A stretch of 61,950 nucleotides of DNA, counting the filler, from Hausera hauseri (Eukaryota), in the NCBI GenBank assembly GCA_046269625.1. It is 11 parts of 11 records of this genome, joined end to end, with 100 filler letters (N's around TTAATTAATTAA, not from the genome) between each part and the next. Parts side by side here need not be neighbours in the genome. Positions count along the whole stretch, not along the records: positions 10,482 to 15,070 come from JBJURY010515126.1; positions 15,171 to 21,111 come from JBJURY010165532.1; positions 21,212 to 28,561 come from JBJURY010020231.1; 8 more parts are not named here. The stretch is one strand, 5' to 3'. Position 1 is the first letter of the stretch; every line of letters begins with the position of its first letter. Below the pieces are notes generated by a model that searched no databases, was not told the DNA's origin, and was given only the letters and a program-made list of their open reading frames with translations. The position numbers and the translations under genes are program-made. This document shows positions 13,584 through 25,466 of this stretch, one piece after another.

Positions 13584-14819
13584 ATGGCATCTGCAAAATC
13601 GGAATTGTGCATATTTGACAAGGCGGCGCCACAAGTCTTTATTGACAATGCGGCATTTGAAGAAATCTACCCCATTGATTCGGTTTCAACGGACGATAAC
13701 ATTGACATTCTATTCAACATTATGGCATCGGACAATGAATACCTGGATTTGAACGATACGCTACTCTATGTAAAAGTCATTGTTAAAAAGGACGCGGCAA
13801 CGGTTCTCGCTGCAACAGACACTGTCACACCGGCCAATTACCTTTTCCTCACACTGTTCCAGGAGGCTTCACTGACTCTAAACATCATCAAAATCGAAGG
13901 CAACACCAGTCTATACAGTATCAAAGCACTCATTGAAAGGGCTCTGAATTACAGTACCGACACGAAAAGGACTCATTTGACGAAAATCATCGGATATGAC
14001 GCCACTGCAGCAAACTGTCAGGCATATGTGGCAGAATCAAAAGCACTTACAATGTGTGGATCGCTGTACTTTGACTTTTTAGATCAGCTGAAATACCTAC
14101 TGCCTGGTGTTAAAGCCATGATTCGGCTCAAACGCAGCGACAATGTCTTTTGTTTGAAAACCGCAGTTGCAAATCTCAAGCCCATACTGAAAATTACCGA
14201 GGCACGATTATACGTACGTCGTATAAAGGTAGAACCATCTGCGCTTATGGGTCATCGATTGGGCTTTGAAACTCAAAATGCCTGTTACCCAATACAACGC
14301 ACAGAACTCGTGTTTTATACCATAACCAAAGGTTCAACTACGTTTTACAAAGATGCACTGTTTAGCGACATACGATTGCCGAAATTTGTGCTCGTTACAT
14401 TTCAAACGACTGTTCAACAAACGGGTAGTAATACCATCCATTCGGAAACGTTTACCCATAGCAATGTGAATTACATAAGTTTGGGTCGGAATGCGGATTT
14501 CATTGAGACATACAAACAAGACTTTGAGTCTAATGATTACGTTTGCACATATATGCAATCTATCGTGTGCAACACGGGTTTGCTGAACAAAAATGTCAAC
14601 AATGGCATATCGATGGATTTGTTCAAGTCCACCTATCCATTCTTCACCTTCGCGCTGGCTCCGAACTATGGCGTTGAACAGACTCAACTACCTCAGCAGG
14701 GAAACCTGCGACTGGAGGTTCACTTTGCTAAAACGTTGGCGCAATCTACCGTAATGTACATTTACGGTGTATTTGATGCCGATGTTGAAATAACAAAAAA
14801 CGAAACCGTCATTGTATAA
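13584..14819 (+). CDS. Polinton/adintovirus-type major capsid protein (double jelly-roll), open 411-aa ORF
   Basis: N-terminal KSELCIF..Q..I..IYP..YLDLNDTLLYV; YLLPGV; C-terminal GNLRLEVHF..YGVFD..EI, typical of Polinton MCPs. Lies between the core-like ORF and the protease. Confidence 0.88.
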   Translation: MASAKSELCIFDKAAPQVFIDNAAFEEIYPIDSVSTDDNIDILFNIMASDNEYLDLNDTLLYVKVIVKKDAATVLAATDTVTPANYLFLTLFQEASLTLNIIKIEGNTSLYSIKALIERALNYSTDTKRTHLTKIIGYDATAANCQAYVAESKALTMCGSLYFDFLDQLKYLLPGVKAMIRLKRSDNVFCLKTAVANLKPILKITEARLYVRRIKVEPSALMGHRLGFETQNACYPIQRTELVFYTITKGSTTFYKDALFSDIRLPKFVLVTFQTTVQQTGSNTIHSETFTHSNVNYISLGRNADFIETYKQDFESNDYVCTYMQSIVCNTGLLNKNVNNGISMDLFKSTYPFFTFALAPNYGVEQTQLPQQGNLRLEVHFAKTLAQSTVMYIYGVFDADVEITKNETVIV

Positions 14820-14863
14820 ATAAAATCCGCTTTGTCTCACCTTTTCTTCTTTGTCGTCGTACT

Positions 14864-15070
14864 ATGAAGTTGTTTATTAATATTAATATTATGCTTAATT
14901 CACATTTAGCTCCACCGAGCTCAGTCACTACAGAAAACTGCTCTTGGGCGTGAAATTTCGTGGCCTGTTTCAACTGGATAGTGTGCCACTTGATTTACGA
15001 CAAACCGGCGCCTTTATTGTCAATACACACACTTCATCGTTGCCGGGTGAACATAGGATTGTTGTGTATG
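14864..15070 (+). pseudogene. Adenain-type (C5) cysteine protease, 5' part, truncated by contig end
   Basis: FRGLF..D..AFIVNTHTSSLPGEH(R), against a consensus of NT..PGxHW. Confidence 0.82.
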
Positions 15071-15170
15071 NNNNNNNNNNNNNNNNNNNNNNNNNNNNNN
15101 NNNNNNNNNNNNNNTTAATTAATTAANNNNNNNNNNNNNNNNNNNNNNNNNNNNNNNNNNNNNNNNNNNN

Positions 15171-16132
15171 CCGAGAGATTACAACTTTATCCCAGACAGA
15201 TGTGTATACAGCAAACATTAACTAGCGCCACCAATTCACTATCCCAATTAATTCTTACCGATCAACCACAGAAATTCGATACTATTGCCATCCATCTCAT
15301 TTATGGCAACTTGACAGTCAATGTCAATTTCGATGATCCTATTCTTGACATTAATCATGAACTGCTTAACAATTCTAGTGTAATTATCACAATTCCTCCT
15401 GCTGAATTATTATCCTTCACTATTTCTTCTTCAAACGATTGTCTATTTGCTGTAGAAATAACCCAACCGAAGCTCATATACACCTATAATGAGAGCTATG
15501 ATCAATTAAATTATATACCGAGACCACTACTACCAATAAACGAATATTCCTCGACACCAGAAGGATTATTTACATCCGACTTAGAATCTCTATCCGTTTT
15601 CGTAGCCTATACATACGTCACCACTCAACCCAGTCTGACAACCATTAACCAAACTATTATTGACATCACTATATTAGACTTCAAAGGCGAGATATTACTA
15701 CAACAGCAAATGTACCCCCGACATAAAGTCGTAGATTGGAGAGCACCTTTTACAGGAATAACTGATAATCTTACCCTAAATAAAATAGACAACGAAGATT
15801 TTCTACCCTACATACAAGATATTTTAAAATATAAATTCATAATAACGACACAACTCGACCTATTATTGTGTTCATTGAAACTGCCTAATACCCTTACTAA
15901 TGGTTTCTTCAATCTTAGTCACCACCCTATCGCTATCAACTTTTCAACAGACCCAATGCTTATAACTCGCCTGAGCGAGCAGTTATTACACACCACTACT
16001 ATTCCCACATATACTTCACCACTAATACAAGCTCACCTACTTAGACAATTGTATAATCTTTTGATGAATTCGTTATACATTGAAGATACTGACAATATGA
16101 ATCATAATATTATTGAGTTAAATCTCAATTAA
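15171..16132 (+). CDS. Retroelement cargo ORF with a degenerate DEDDh (REX4/ISG20-like) exonuclease domain
   Basis: IIDITILDFKGEILLQQQMYPRHKVVDWRAPFTGIT..IQDILKYKFII follows the REX4/ISG20 pattern (xSIVNxxGxxxYDxxxxPxxxVxDYRTxxSGI..ILKGxILV). The ExoI DxE is replaced by AYT. Possibly 5'-incomplete at the contig start. Confidence 0.55.
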
Positions 16133-16148
16133 TTCCATTTATATTTAG

Positions 16149-17422
16149 ATCCACCGGAATGCATGTTCTGCAGAGCTATTATCTCTGAAGTGTACAGATT
16201 AACACCCTGCCTACATATGGTTTGTTTATTTTGTATAGAACAAGTTCGAACACGAGCCCATCCTACACCATATTGCCCTGTGTGCACATATGAAGTCAAA
16301 TATTGTATTCACCATAACGTATACCCATCCGACGCTGATCAATCACTACTAGACGCCCAGACCCTTGATGTCATTGAACCTACGGATCATACTACCTATT
16401 ACTACACTTGGAATATATCCACCCCTTTTTCCATTCCAAACTTTCAATTGCACATGTGTTGCCTATGTCAAAAACCTAATAGAATATCCTATCAATTTAG
16501 CTGTTGTAATGCCGAATACTGTGCTCATTGCTATCAACTAGAATCTCACCATCGATATTTAATCTGTAGCATATGTAACTTTTGCCCCCAGTTCATTTAC
16601 GCATATTTCCACCATCCTAGAAGAGCTCTCCTTACCATTACTAACACTCCAATTCCCCAAATACTTCCGACAAGATACTTCCGGTTAGAACAACAGGCAT
16701 CAGTTAGAATAGAATTCCCAATTCATAAATTTGACCCCTCTATAATAACCAGACTACCACCGATTGTTCTTCAAACACCTTTACCTCACATTAATGTTAT
16801 GACTCTCTTACGACAACCATCTTCAATACCACATCCACGCTATCATCCAGAACAAATTACTAGACCATTACCTGAATTGCCAGTACCAGTACCTACAATA
16901 ATACCCACACCAGCTATTTCTTATAGCCCACCATTACCAATATCTTTACAAGAAGATTGGTTTCCTGTCTACAGCAAATGTCCAATAGACCTTATTTCTG
17001 ACCTAGCCCCTCCTGACTTATGGGCAACACTACAATCTCACTACTATGACCAATTTCCCACCTACGAATGTACTATATGCCTTACCGAAAGAATAACAGT
17101 AGTTCAATTTCAATGCAACCACAAATTATGTGCAACCTGTTTCAACAAACTTCGATCCCAATCTATCAAATCAATCGATCCAGAAGATGCTTTACAGATG
17201 ACCTTTCAAAACGGCATTTCTTGTCCATACTGCCGGCAACCATCAGTATACTACCATTTCTCCTACACCTATGACGACCGAACCCAAAGACTATGCCATT
17301 GGATGAACCCCGTAAACGATGCGACTTTGACAATTAAACCCAGAAACCTCAGTTTCGTCGATGCCAGCACTCAGAGTGATCCGGAGGACCGAATCTTTTT
17401 TCAAAAGGGGGAGAAATGTTGA
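16149..17422 (+). CDS. Triple RING-finger protein with Pro-rich linker (putative E3 ligase)
   Basis: CMFC..CLH..CLFC..CPVC; CCLC..CC..CAHC..CSIC; CTIC..CNH..CATC..CPYC. The first Cys (16160) lies upstream of the annotated ATG. Confidence 0.8.
17403..17422 (+). mobile_element. Polypurine tract and start of a 3' LTR (TGTTG at 17417)
   Basis: GAGGAC..TTTTTTC-AAAAGGGGGAGAAA-TGT, a typical Gypsy 3' end. The LTR's right end could not be located. Confidence 0.72.
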
Positions 17423-18095
17423 GACTCATTAGACTCATTAATTGATCATTAATTGATCTTTAATTTGATCTTGATCTTTAATTGACAATGAGTGACAATA
17501 AGAACGTTAAGACTGACAACAACATTTTAACCTTTTTCCGAAAGCCTTTTGACAATGTGTACTTGTACTTTTATGACTTCAATTCACAACTCTAGAATAC
17601 AAGTATTTTAAAATATGTAAAGCCTCCCTGATAGGCATTTTTATAAACTGTTGTATGTGAATTGTGTGTGACCCTTTTTTCTTTCTATGTCACAAAATCG
17701 ATTATGAAAATATAAATTCGTATTTAAAAATCGACCTTTAAATTAAAATTGAGGTTATCAGTACTTAGACACGAATCTAAAATTCGAAGTACATTGAATT
17801 AAAAAGGTATACATTGAATTAAACAATTAAAGTCCGCCGAAAAGTCCGCCGAATTGACGTCAATAAATGCGTTTGTAAATCAGATTGGCGAAATTAATGT
17901 TCAGTTTTACAAACAAATTAAAAATGATGTCATTGTTTAAATTAAAAATCCAATTATACATACGAATTAAAAAAAATCATAGTTCAAATTGAATTGACGT
18001 AGGCAACTACAAATAAATTTGAAAATTAAATTAGATAATTGACGCGCGTAGGCAACGACAAATTTGAAAATTAAATTAGATAATTGACGCGACGG
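17421..18095 (+). repeat. Short tandem duplications in the putative LTR U3
   Basis: AGACTCATT x2, ATTGATC repeats, TACATTGAATTAAA x2, AAAGTCCGCCGA x2, and a ~45-bp duplication (GTAGGCAAC..AAATTTGAAAATTAAATTAGATAATTGACGCG). TATAAATA near 18109. Confidence 0.7.
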
Positions 18096-21000
18096 CATAG
18101 TGTACAGGTATAAATAGAAGAACCACTTTGTACAAAAAAACTACAAACACACAAAAAATTTATTCAATATTCTGACGCGAAAAGTTCGAAACATTTAAAT
18201 GTTTGGTAAGTTTGTCGAACGACATATATGTACTGACAAATTACCTAGATTTTTAAACGAAGAAAATGAACAATAATAACGGAAACAATGCCTCCTCCGA
18301 TAATCATGATCAAGGAAGTGGTGAGCAAAAAAATTTGTTTTGTATTTGTTTTATTTCTCTTGTAACCTATTGTTGTATTTTTTGAATAAAATTTTTAAAT
18401 TATAAATTGTCAAATAAATATGGTGTGAAAACTGATATCCGTTGATGAGTGGAAGGAGTCAGAGAAACTATGCTCGAACGCGATAATTCGATGTTGGGGA
18501 CGGTGATGACCAACCTTATATATGTAAAATTGATTAAAGGTATCTACCCGAAGGTCATCTCGATGAGCGAAAGAATGTCGTTAAAATTGCGAATAGATCG
18601 AGGAAATTTCCACTCATACCCTCAGAATCGTTTTTCGCCGAATGAAGTTATAACTATACGAAGGTGACTTATTGTTGGTCGAAGTTCACCCTGACGTTCT
18701 GAAATAAATGGAGCCCCATCAGATTAACACCATCCTATTCACTAGGTGTTATATTGCTGAAGACATTAAAGGTTTAAAGGAAAGAGAAGAGTTGGTTAAA
18801 CCATTAGTGATCCAAGAGATGCATTTGGCTTACTGTGCGTGTTTCGATACGATTTTTCTGCGGATTACTATCCTATATGCGACGTTGACGAGCGAGAGTC
18901 TTGATTTCCATTCAAGTTCGGTCTTCCATTCAGTCGATGCTATTTTCAATTAGAAATGGGAATGACCAACTGGAGTGACGTCGAGGTAATCGAGATATAA
19001 GATAATGAAAACGAGAGATGTGAATTACAATTATCGAAATTAGAGGAAACGGGTGAAATTTGTTTAATCCCATTATTTTTAATAAAAGAGTTGAATAATT
19101 ATATTTCAATGACGATTAATTCCCGATATAGTTTCATACTATGTTTTCATTTGTTCAATTTAGAGTTAGATTCATATTGTATATTCTTGATTGTATCGAC
19201 GGATCCATGAATAAAAAGGATTTTGACATGAAACCATGAGTTGAGTTGAATAATTATATGACGATTAATTCTCGATGTAGTTTCATACTATATTTTCATT
19301 ACCCCTGGGAGAGCGGACTTCCTTTATTGATATAAATTAAAAGAAGACAAAGACATGCCCATTGATGAAGATTATTTATATTTTAATATCCAGTCTCCTA
19401 TGATTATTGCGACACGACAGAAGAGCCATCAAATCCCATGTGTAATAATAATTGGTAGAATATACAGAATCAAATTTGAGGAAATATGATAAGTAAACCA
19501 TTATTGTTAGAAAGTAAAAGATTAAAATTTGAAATGTAATGATTGAGATAATAACAATCTGATATTTCTGTATATATGCTTGTCCGTACTTTACTGAGTA
19601 TCAAGAATATGTTTTGCATCCTTGCCTCTAATTGATTTTGGGATTTTATGGTTCATAGTGGGATTCGTAAATAAACGAAATATAAATGGGCCTGTTTTTG
19701 TAGATACATTAAGTAATTAAATTAATATAATCCACATACAGTTATACAGTTCTTATAATGGAAAACCTTTTCGAAAAGGATATAACCCATTTCTGAATTA
19801 CAACTAAGTCAATTGAATGCTCCAGAATATGAATTTATTACAATCAATTTTTCCATAAATCATAAAAGGTTTTTGAAACCTCCTTCCACCATGTACTGCT
19901 TTATGCTCCAAATCAAATGACCATTAAACATCGTTTTCCCTCCATTCTATTCCTCACAGTCTAGAATGACTGAAGGCTTGAGGAGGAGCAGTAATGATGC
20001 AGAAAGCAACAAACAGTCCACTGAGCCAGCAGAATAACATGACTGCCATCCCATGGCCGAAGGATGAACAGGCACCTCCTCTCCTGGTGCACCATGCAGA
20101 CAGCAGGATATGGCACAGCTGCTAAAATAGGAGTTATTCTCTGTCCATTGCATTTATTTTATAGGTCGAGCACAATTCCACCGAGCCTGTTTCTCTTTCT
20201 GTATAATGAAGGGCTGTGATGGTGCTTTATCACTTGAACATCCTCATCCCCAACATTAGCTCAGATATAATGAGGGTTATTCAGAGGACGGGGGCCCTCT
20301 CTCCAGAATGATAAAAGACCCGAGAGTGCGCCGGTGACACGGCATCGGTCATTAGCCTGGCTCACTTTGCCCTTTCATGTATTTCTAAATAAGTGCTTTC
20401 CTGTGGGTTTAACAGACCACCTAATCTGCCTACTTACTCTGCGGGCGAGGAGTGGGAATCCAGAGGTGAATTTCAGATGGCTAAATGTGCTTATCTGTGC
20501 TGTGGCATGTTTAGCCTCTCAGGTGGAAAGTCTGCCACAGGCTTCCAACCCCAGCAGGTTTCACTACTGATATAAATTATGAAAGGATTAATGTATTTCT
20601 GTGACATACTATATGTAGCAGATGTGGAGCAGCAGCTCCCATAGATGTTACAGCTTCAAATCGTGTGAGCATAATTCGTGTGCCTACGTCCACACATTAT
20701 CTACTGGGTAGCGGCAGAGAAACGTGTCGGGTCACGAGGCTCGAGATAGTCTACAATTGAATGGTGGATCACTGCTAGGAGGCTAAGCATCGCAGATATT
20801 GCCTGCAGGACCACCTCCCAGATAACCTCCGGTGAGGCAGGAAAGCTTTCTGTCTCGCCCCCATCTGTCTTTTCCAGAACGACCAAAACAGCCATTTTGG
20901 AGGGTTGTCAACAAGATCTGACTCTCGATGATGTGAGGATCAAAGCTATGACAACACATTTTCAAAACATTGCAAAGGATGATCTCCAAACCAAATATAT

Positions 21001-22679
21001 GAGTACGTCTGAAATTGCAGGGAAAGGATAACACAAATTAAACCATCTGCTGGTGAAAGATATTTGTTACTATATATGAAAAATTAATTTCAGTAGAACT
21101 TCATAGTTGGTNNNNNNNNNNNNNNNNNNNNNNNNNNNNNNNNNNNNNNNNNNNNTTAATTAATTAANNNNNNNNNNNNNNNNNNNNNNNNNNNNNNNNN
21201 NNNNNNNNNNNAAAACCGAAATCTATTTTGTAATGCTAAGTATATATATAATTTAGGAGAACAAAATTAAAAACATACCATTTGTCGTACTATTCATTCA
21301 AATAACGCCATGCTATTTACACACCACTATTTATATCCGACCATCAAAATTAAAACAAAAAATTTTTTGGCGCGAAATTCAAATTTTACACCTACCTAAA
21401 ACCCGTGAAGTACTCGTGCTTGTGTGCGTTCACTTTGTGACTGTATATCCTATCTCCGCCCTATTAATCGTGCGTGTGTGTACCGTTTTTTCTACCCAAT
21501 GACTCATCCCGAACCACTTCTCTTCCTTCCTTCAATGTGGGTCTGTTGTTGTGTCCTCCTTTCTACCTACTCAAAAGCCGTTCAAAGAACATGCTACCGA
21601 TCTTTATTTTGGTGTGTAGAATGGGGGAATGACAAAGTTCTTCGAAATATTGATCAAGTCACCCTTTTTTCCGACAAGTTTCCTCTTAATAACCATCTTC
21701 TCAAATTCTTCATCTCTTTCAGGATATTTCGCAAAGTCGATATTATTAGGTTCACTCAATTTTCTCTTTCTGAAAGGCTTTTGGTACCACAAGCATGGGT
21801 GATTCATGGCACAACTTAATGCAAAATTCCTTATGCGAAACGAGAGATCTCCACCTAAGTAAACGGTATTACCAGTTTTCACAAGAGCTTCATAGGGTTT
21901 CTCGTCAACGTGATCTTTCAAAGCATTATAGGAGTCAGCACCTTGTCAACAGTGCAAAGGGAGAAAATTATAATACGATGAAGGCTTTGAATGGAAAATC
22001 AAGGCAGCCTAGAGACTACGCGTCCATATTTTTATCAAGTGACATCAACAATTTCCTTTCCAACTTACCATTCAAATGAGGTCGTAGAATTCGTTCTTCA
22101 ATGACTCGAGCAGAATAAACCAATACAAATCCATAAACAGTCATGTTTTCGTGTCGAATAAGCTTCTCAAAATTTCTCTTTGTTGCATCAAGAATACTCT
22201 TCGAGGTTATTGGAGAACCGAAAAAATTTTTTGCAAATAAGTTAACTTTTCCAATTCCCATATTAGTCAGTTTCATGACTCTTTTAAAGCCAAGCGGTTT
22301 TTCAGGTGAAGCAGGATTTGAATTGGAAGAGTTGCTTCTTCTGGCTTCATTCATGCTTCGGCATCTTGCAGCCTTGGCAATATGCGCCGTATTTCTTGAT
22401 TGTCTCTTCCATTGTTTTGAGCTCTTGATAGCCAAATATTTGTTAAATGCCCAGTGCAATCGAAATTTGTACTTTAAGAACTACATTGGGCAATATTTTG
22501 TGAAGCCCGGGTTGAGGCTTTTATCAAGTTTAAACTACCAATTGTCAATGGTCCTTTGTCTCTCAGCACGCAACAATACTTAAAGTTGTTTACTAGTACT
22601 TTCTTCAAATTAAGCGTGTTATGTTTTGCCTTTCGTCAACCCATCTAAAAGACATATATGATAATACATAAAAAACATA

Positions 22680-22957
22680 TAATGGTATTTGGCCGGTGTG
22701 ACAGTATCTGTTGCAGCGAGAACCGTTGATGCATTCTTTTTAACAATGCCTTTTACATAGAGTAGCCTATCGTTCAAATCGAGATATTCACTGTTTGATG
22801 CCATAATGTTAAATTGAATGTCTATGTTATTGTCGGTTGAAACCAAATCAACGGAGTAGATTTCTTTAAATGCTGCATTGTCAATAACAACTTGTGGCGC
22901 GCCTTTGTCAAATATACATAATTCAGATTTTGCCGATGAAAATTGTCTGTTTTTCAA
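22680..22957 (-). pseudogene. Major capsid protein 5' fragment
   Basis: Closely similar to the first ~87 aa of the MCP at 13584; homology stops after VTPAKY. Confidence 0.88.
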
Positions 22958-23316
22958 TCGAAAATCGTACGACTACGACGTTTGTTTATAGTTAAAAAGC
23001 TAGCTGATCTACCACGTTTTCGATTTCTCAAGCCACTGCCAGCGAATTGTTTTTTGACTGATTCAAAGACTTCCGGTGTACAGCTTTTTATTTCTGACGA
23101 GGCGTGATTCTTCAGTGATGGTAAAATCGATTTGTTTTCATACAGTTCATCCTGTGCTATTTTTGCTGCCACGGCTCCAATACGCTTCATTACCGGAACT
23201 GCTAAACGTGCTAATGTACGCAACCATCCATAACCATACTGTTTACTAACCAAATACGGCAGTTCATTGCCTTGCTGGGGTTTACTGTAAATGGAAACGA
23301 TTTCAGAATCAATCAT
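22954..23316 (-). CDS. QxGxG-motif basic protein (putative core / membrane-lytic precursor)
   Basis: QQGN, QYGYG followed by amphipathic WLRTLARLAVPVMKRIG; Arg-rich C-terminus ending RTIFD. Confidence 0.7.
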   Translation of the reverse strand: MIDSEIVSIYSKPQQGNELPYLVSKQYGYGWLRTLARLAVPVMKRIGAVAAKIAQDELYENKSILPSLKNHASSEIKSCTPEVFESVKKQFAGSGLRNRKRGRSASFLTINKRRSRTIFD

Positions 23317-23319
23317 GTT

Positions 23320-24368
23320 GTTGGATTCGATGCAAGTAAAGAAATACGGAAATCCAATAAGCTAGTCCGCGTCACATCGGATATTCACTTCAACATTGTT
23401 TATAGATGTAGATGCTACAGGTAGTCACGTTAGATTATCGAGCTTAACAGTGACTTTGTCGCCGACAGAATATTTTCTGCTTTCCGAATAAATTGCACGG
23501 AGTAACAGTACACGTACTCCACCAACCAAAATCGGTTCGGTGACGTTCACGTAAATGTACATTTGATTTAGTCCAGTTATCAGTTTGGGTTTAAGTGTTG
23601 CAACATGTGCCGCCGCCTTCTTCGCCCCAAACCTCTGTTTACAAAACCAAATACCATGGCCAAAGCTTTGTCCAATAAAATGTCGACAATATCCTTAGCC
23701 AGTTCAAATTTATTGTACCTATTTGCATCTGACTCAAAAACTTTAAATATTTCATTGTACTTTTGATTTAAAAAAAACTGTTGACAGAGATGTGCTACAG
23801 ATTCGCAATAGACATAGTCTCCAATGATACGTATGACGTTAACACCCTTTCTATTATATTGGTAAATCTCACGGTTGTCTGGTACTGTACGGGACTTAAT
23901 CTTGGAGCAACTGCATATTCACTTTTGATATCTTTACCTTTGTACTCTGTATTTTTGAACCCAAATTTGTGCGCCATATAACAGGACTCAAAGGTGACAG
24001 TAAATTCAAAATTCGCCATAAAATGTGAGTTTTTACACTAAAATAAAAACACCGATCTTGCCGTTGGAACCGTAATTTTTACTCGTCGTGCAAATGGCCG
24101 ATTCTCCGACTGTTATTTTATTGCCAGTAAGTGTCAAAGGACAAGAATGTGTTTTAAATTCAGTAACAGTCTTGTTGTACGTTATTTTCATACTACCTTT
24201 CAATGTCATAGGTGCGTAGGTAAAGTTAAATTCCGTCAGTGTAACCTCCAATTTTCCAAATAAATCCAAAGAATTGTTCCAATCTACAACGTATTCACTG
24301 GCGGAATTGTTCGGATGAGTCGTCGAACAACTGTTGTTCGGCAACATCATGTAAATACTCATATTCAC
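23320..24368 (-). pseudogene. Minor capsid protein paralog 2
   Basis: YMMLPNNS..NSASEY..LEVTLTEF; homologous to 12140-13202. Confidence 0.83.
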
Positions 24369-24399
24369 AATGATGTCAATGATGATTATGCAGTTTGTT

Positions 24400-25466
24400 T
24401 TTTATCGACGATGACGTAGAAAATGTAACGTTAAATGTGTCGTTGACCCAAAAAGAAATTTAATGGGTTCCCAAATTCAACAGTCATATACATGGAAATA
24501 CTGTGCACAATATTATGAGACAATAATAAGTACATAGATCTGAGCATATTAACGCGAAAATTTTCACCGATGTTTTGTATGTGTCAGAATCCAGTTTCAT
24601 AGAAGTCAGTAGTTGTTTACGTTCTCCACCAACGAGTACGAATTCGGTTAAGTCCGTTAAAATGTTGATTCTATGAAATGCTCCATAGAGTTACGCTTTG
24701 TATTTGGTAACAATAGATCGTCCAACAATGTTTTGATAGAATTCGCGTTTTGAAAAACCCAGATTCCAAGCCAATAATTCATCAAAGGCAAAATATGTAA
24801 CATTGGCACGTAGAATAATAGAAATATAACCATCTGTGTTTATTTCACGTGTTTACGGCTAATGTAGCCGTTTTCTTGACGTACTCACACAATTCCATTT
24901 CCGTTTCCATTAATAAATCATGTTGTATAATATATGAGCGGAAGACGGATTCTGACCTAGTCCACTTTACTATAATATCGGATTCCGCAATGGATGAAAG
25001 GTCCAATTTTTCACCAATTATAACATGGCCACCTAGCCGTAAACGTTTTGAGTGTACATTGACTGATTGAAAACCCCATGCCTGAGCACCAGCTATAGAA
25101 TTAAACTGCATTTCAATGGGTTTCCATGCACTAGTTTTATACGGTAGTTTGAAAAATAAGCACAAACCGAGAAATGTTGTCGCGAATAATTGCGAAGAGT
25201 ATATCGGTTATTGTGTCGGATTGTCGCAAGCGACTTGAAATAGGTTACGTTTCTTGTCGGGTAAAGTAAATACCACTGTTTTGATGTATTATCATTGGTC
25301 AAAATGTAATTGTGAATTCTGTCAAAGCCACTTACCAGGCTCCCTGACGTAAATCGACCGGTTGGTCCAAGTGTATGGTAAACTGTTTAGCGGTATTGTC
25401 ATTGTCGTCGTGTTGTGATAATGATCTGTTACTATCAAGTACCAAGTAAATGCCGCTGCTGCTCAT
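24400..25466 (-). pseudogene. Minor capsid protein paralog 1
   Basis: YLVLDSNRS..NTAKQFTIHLDQPVDLRQGAW; C-terminal VLVGGERKQLL. 3' boundary approximate. Confidence 0.75.

Larger units (their letters stand above)
11090..15070 (+). mobile_element. Polinton/Maverick (adintovirus-like) virion module, copy A, with two internal deletions
   Basis: Order: ATPase 3' half, integrase C-terminus, hybrid minor capsid, QxGxG protein, MCP, protease. Collinear with copies B and C. Confidence 0.92.

Noticed and set aside
13221-14687. Antisense ORFs over viral genes (e.g. 13221-13634, 14334-14687, also 46800-47135)
   Set aside because: Shadow frames of conserved sense genes, with no independent motifs.
14864-14930. 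Signal peptide on the adenain-type protease
   Set aside because: The hydrophobic N-terminus is disrupted differently in copies A and C, so it cannot be reconstructed reliably.
18413-18440. TGGTGTGAAAAC as a primer-binding site closing the LTR
   Set aside because: Not preceded by CA, no tRNA match that I can recognise, and no gag follows.
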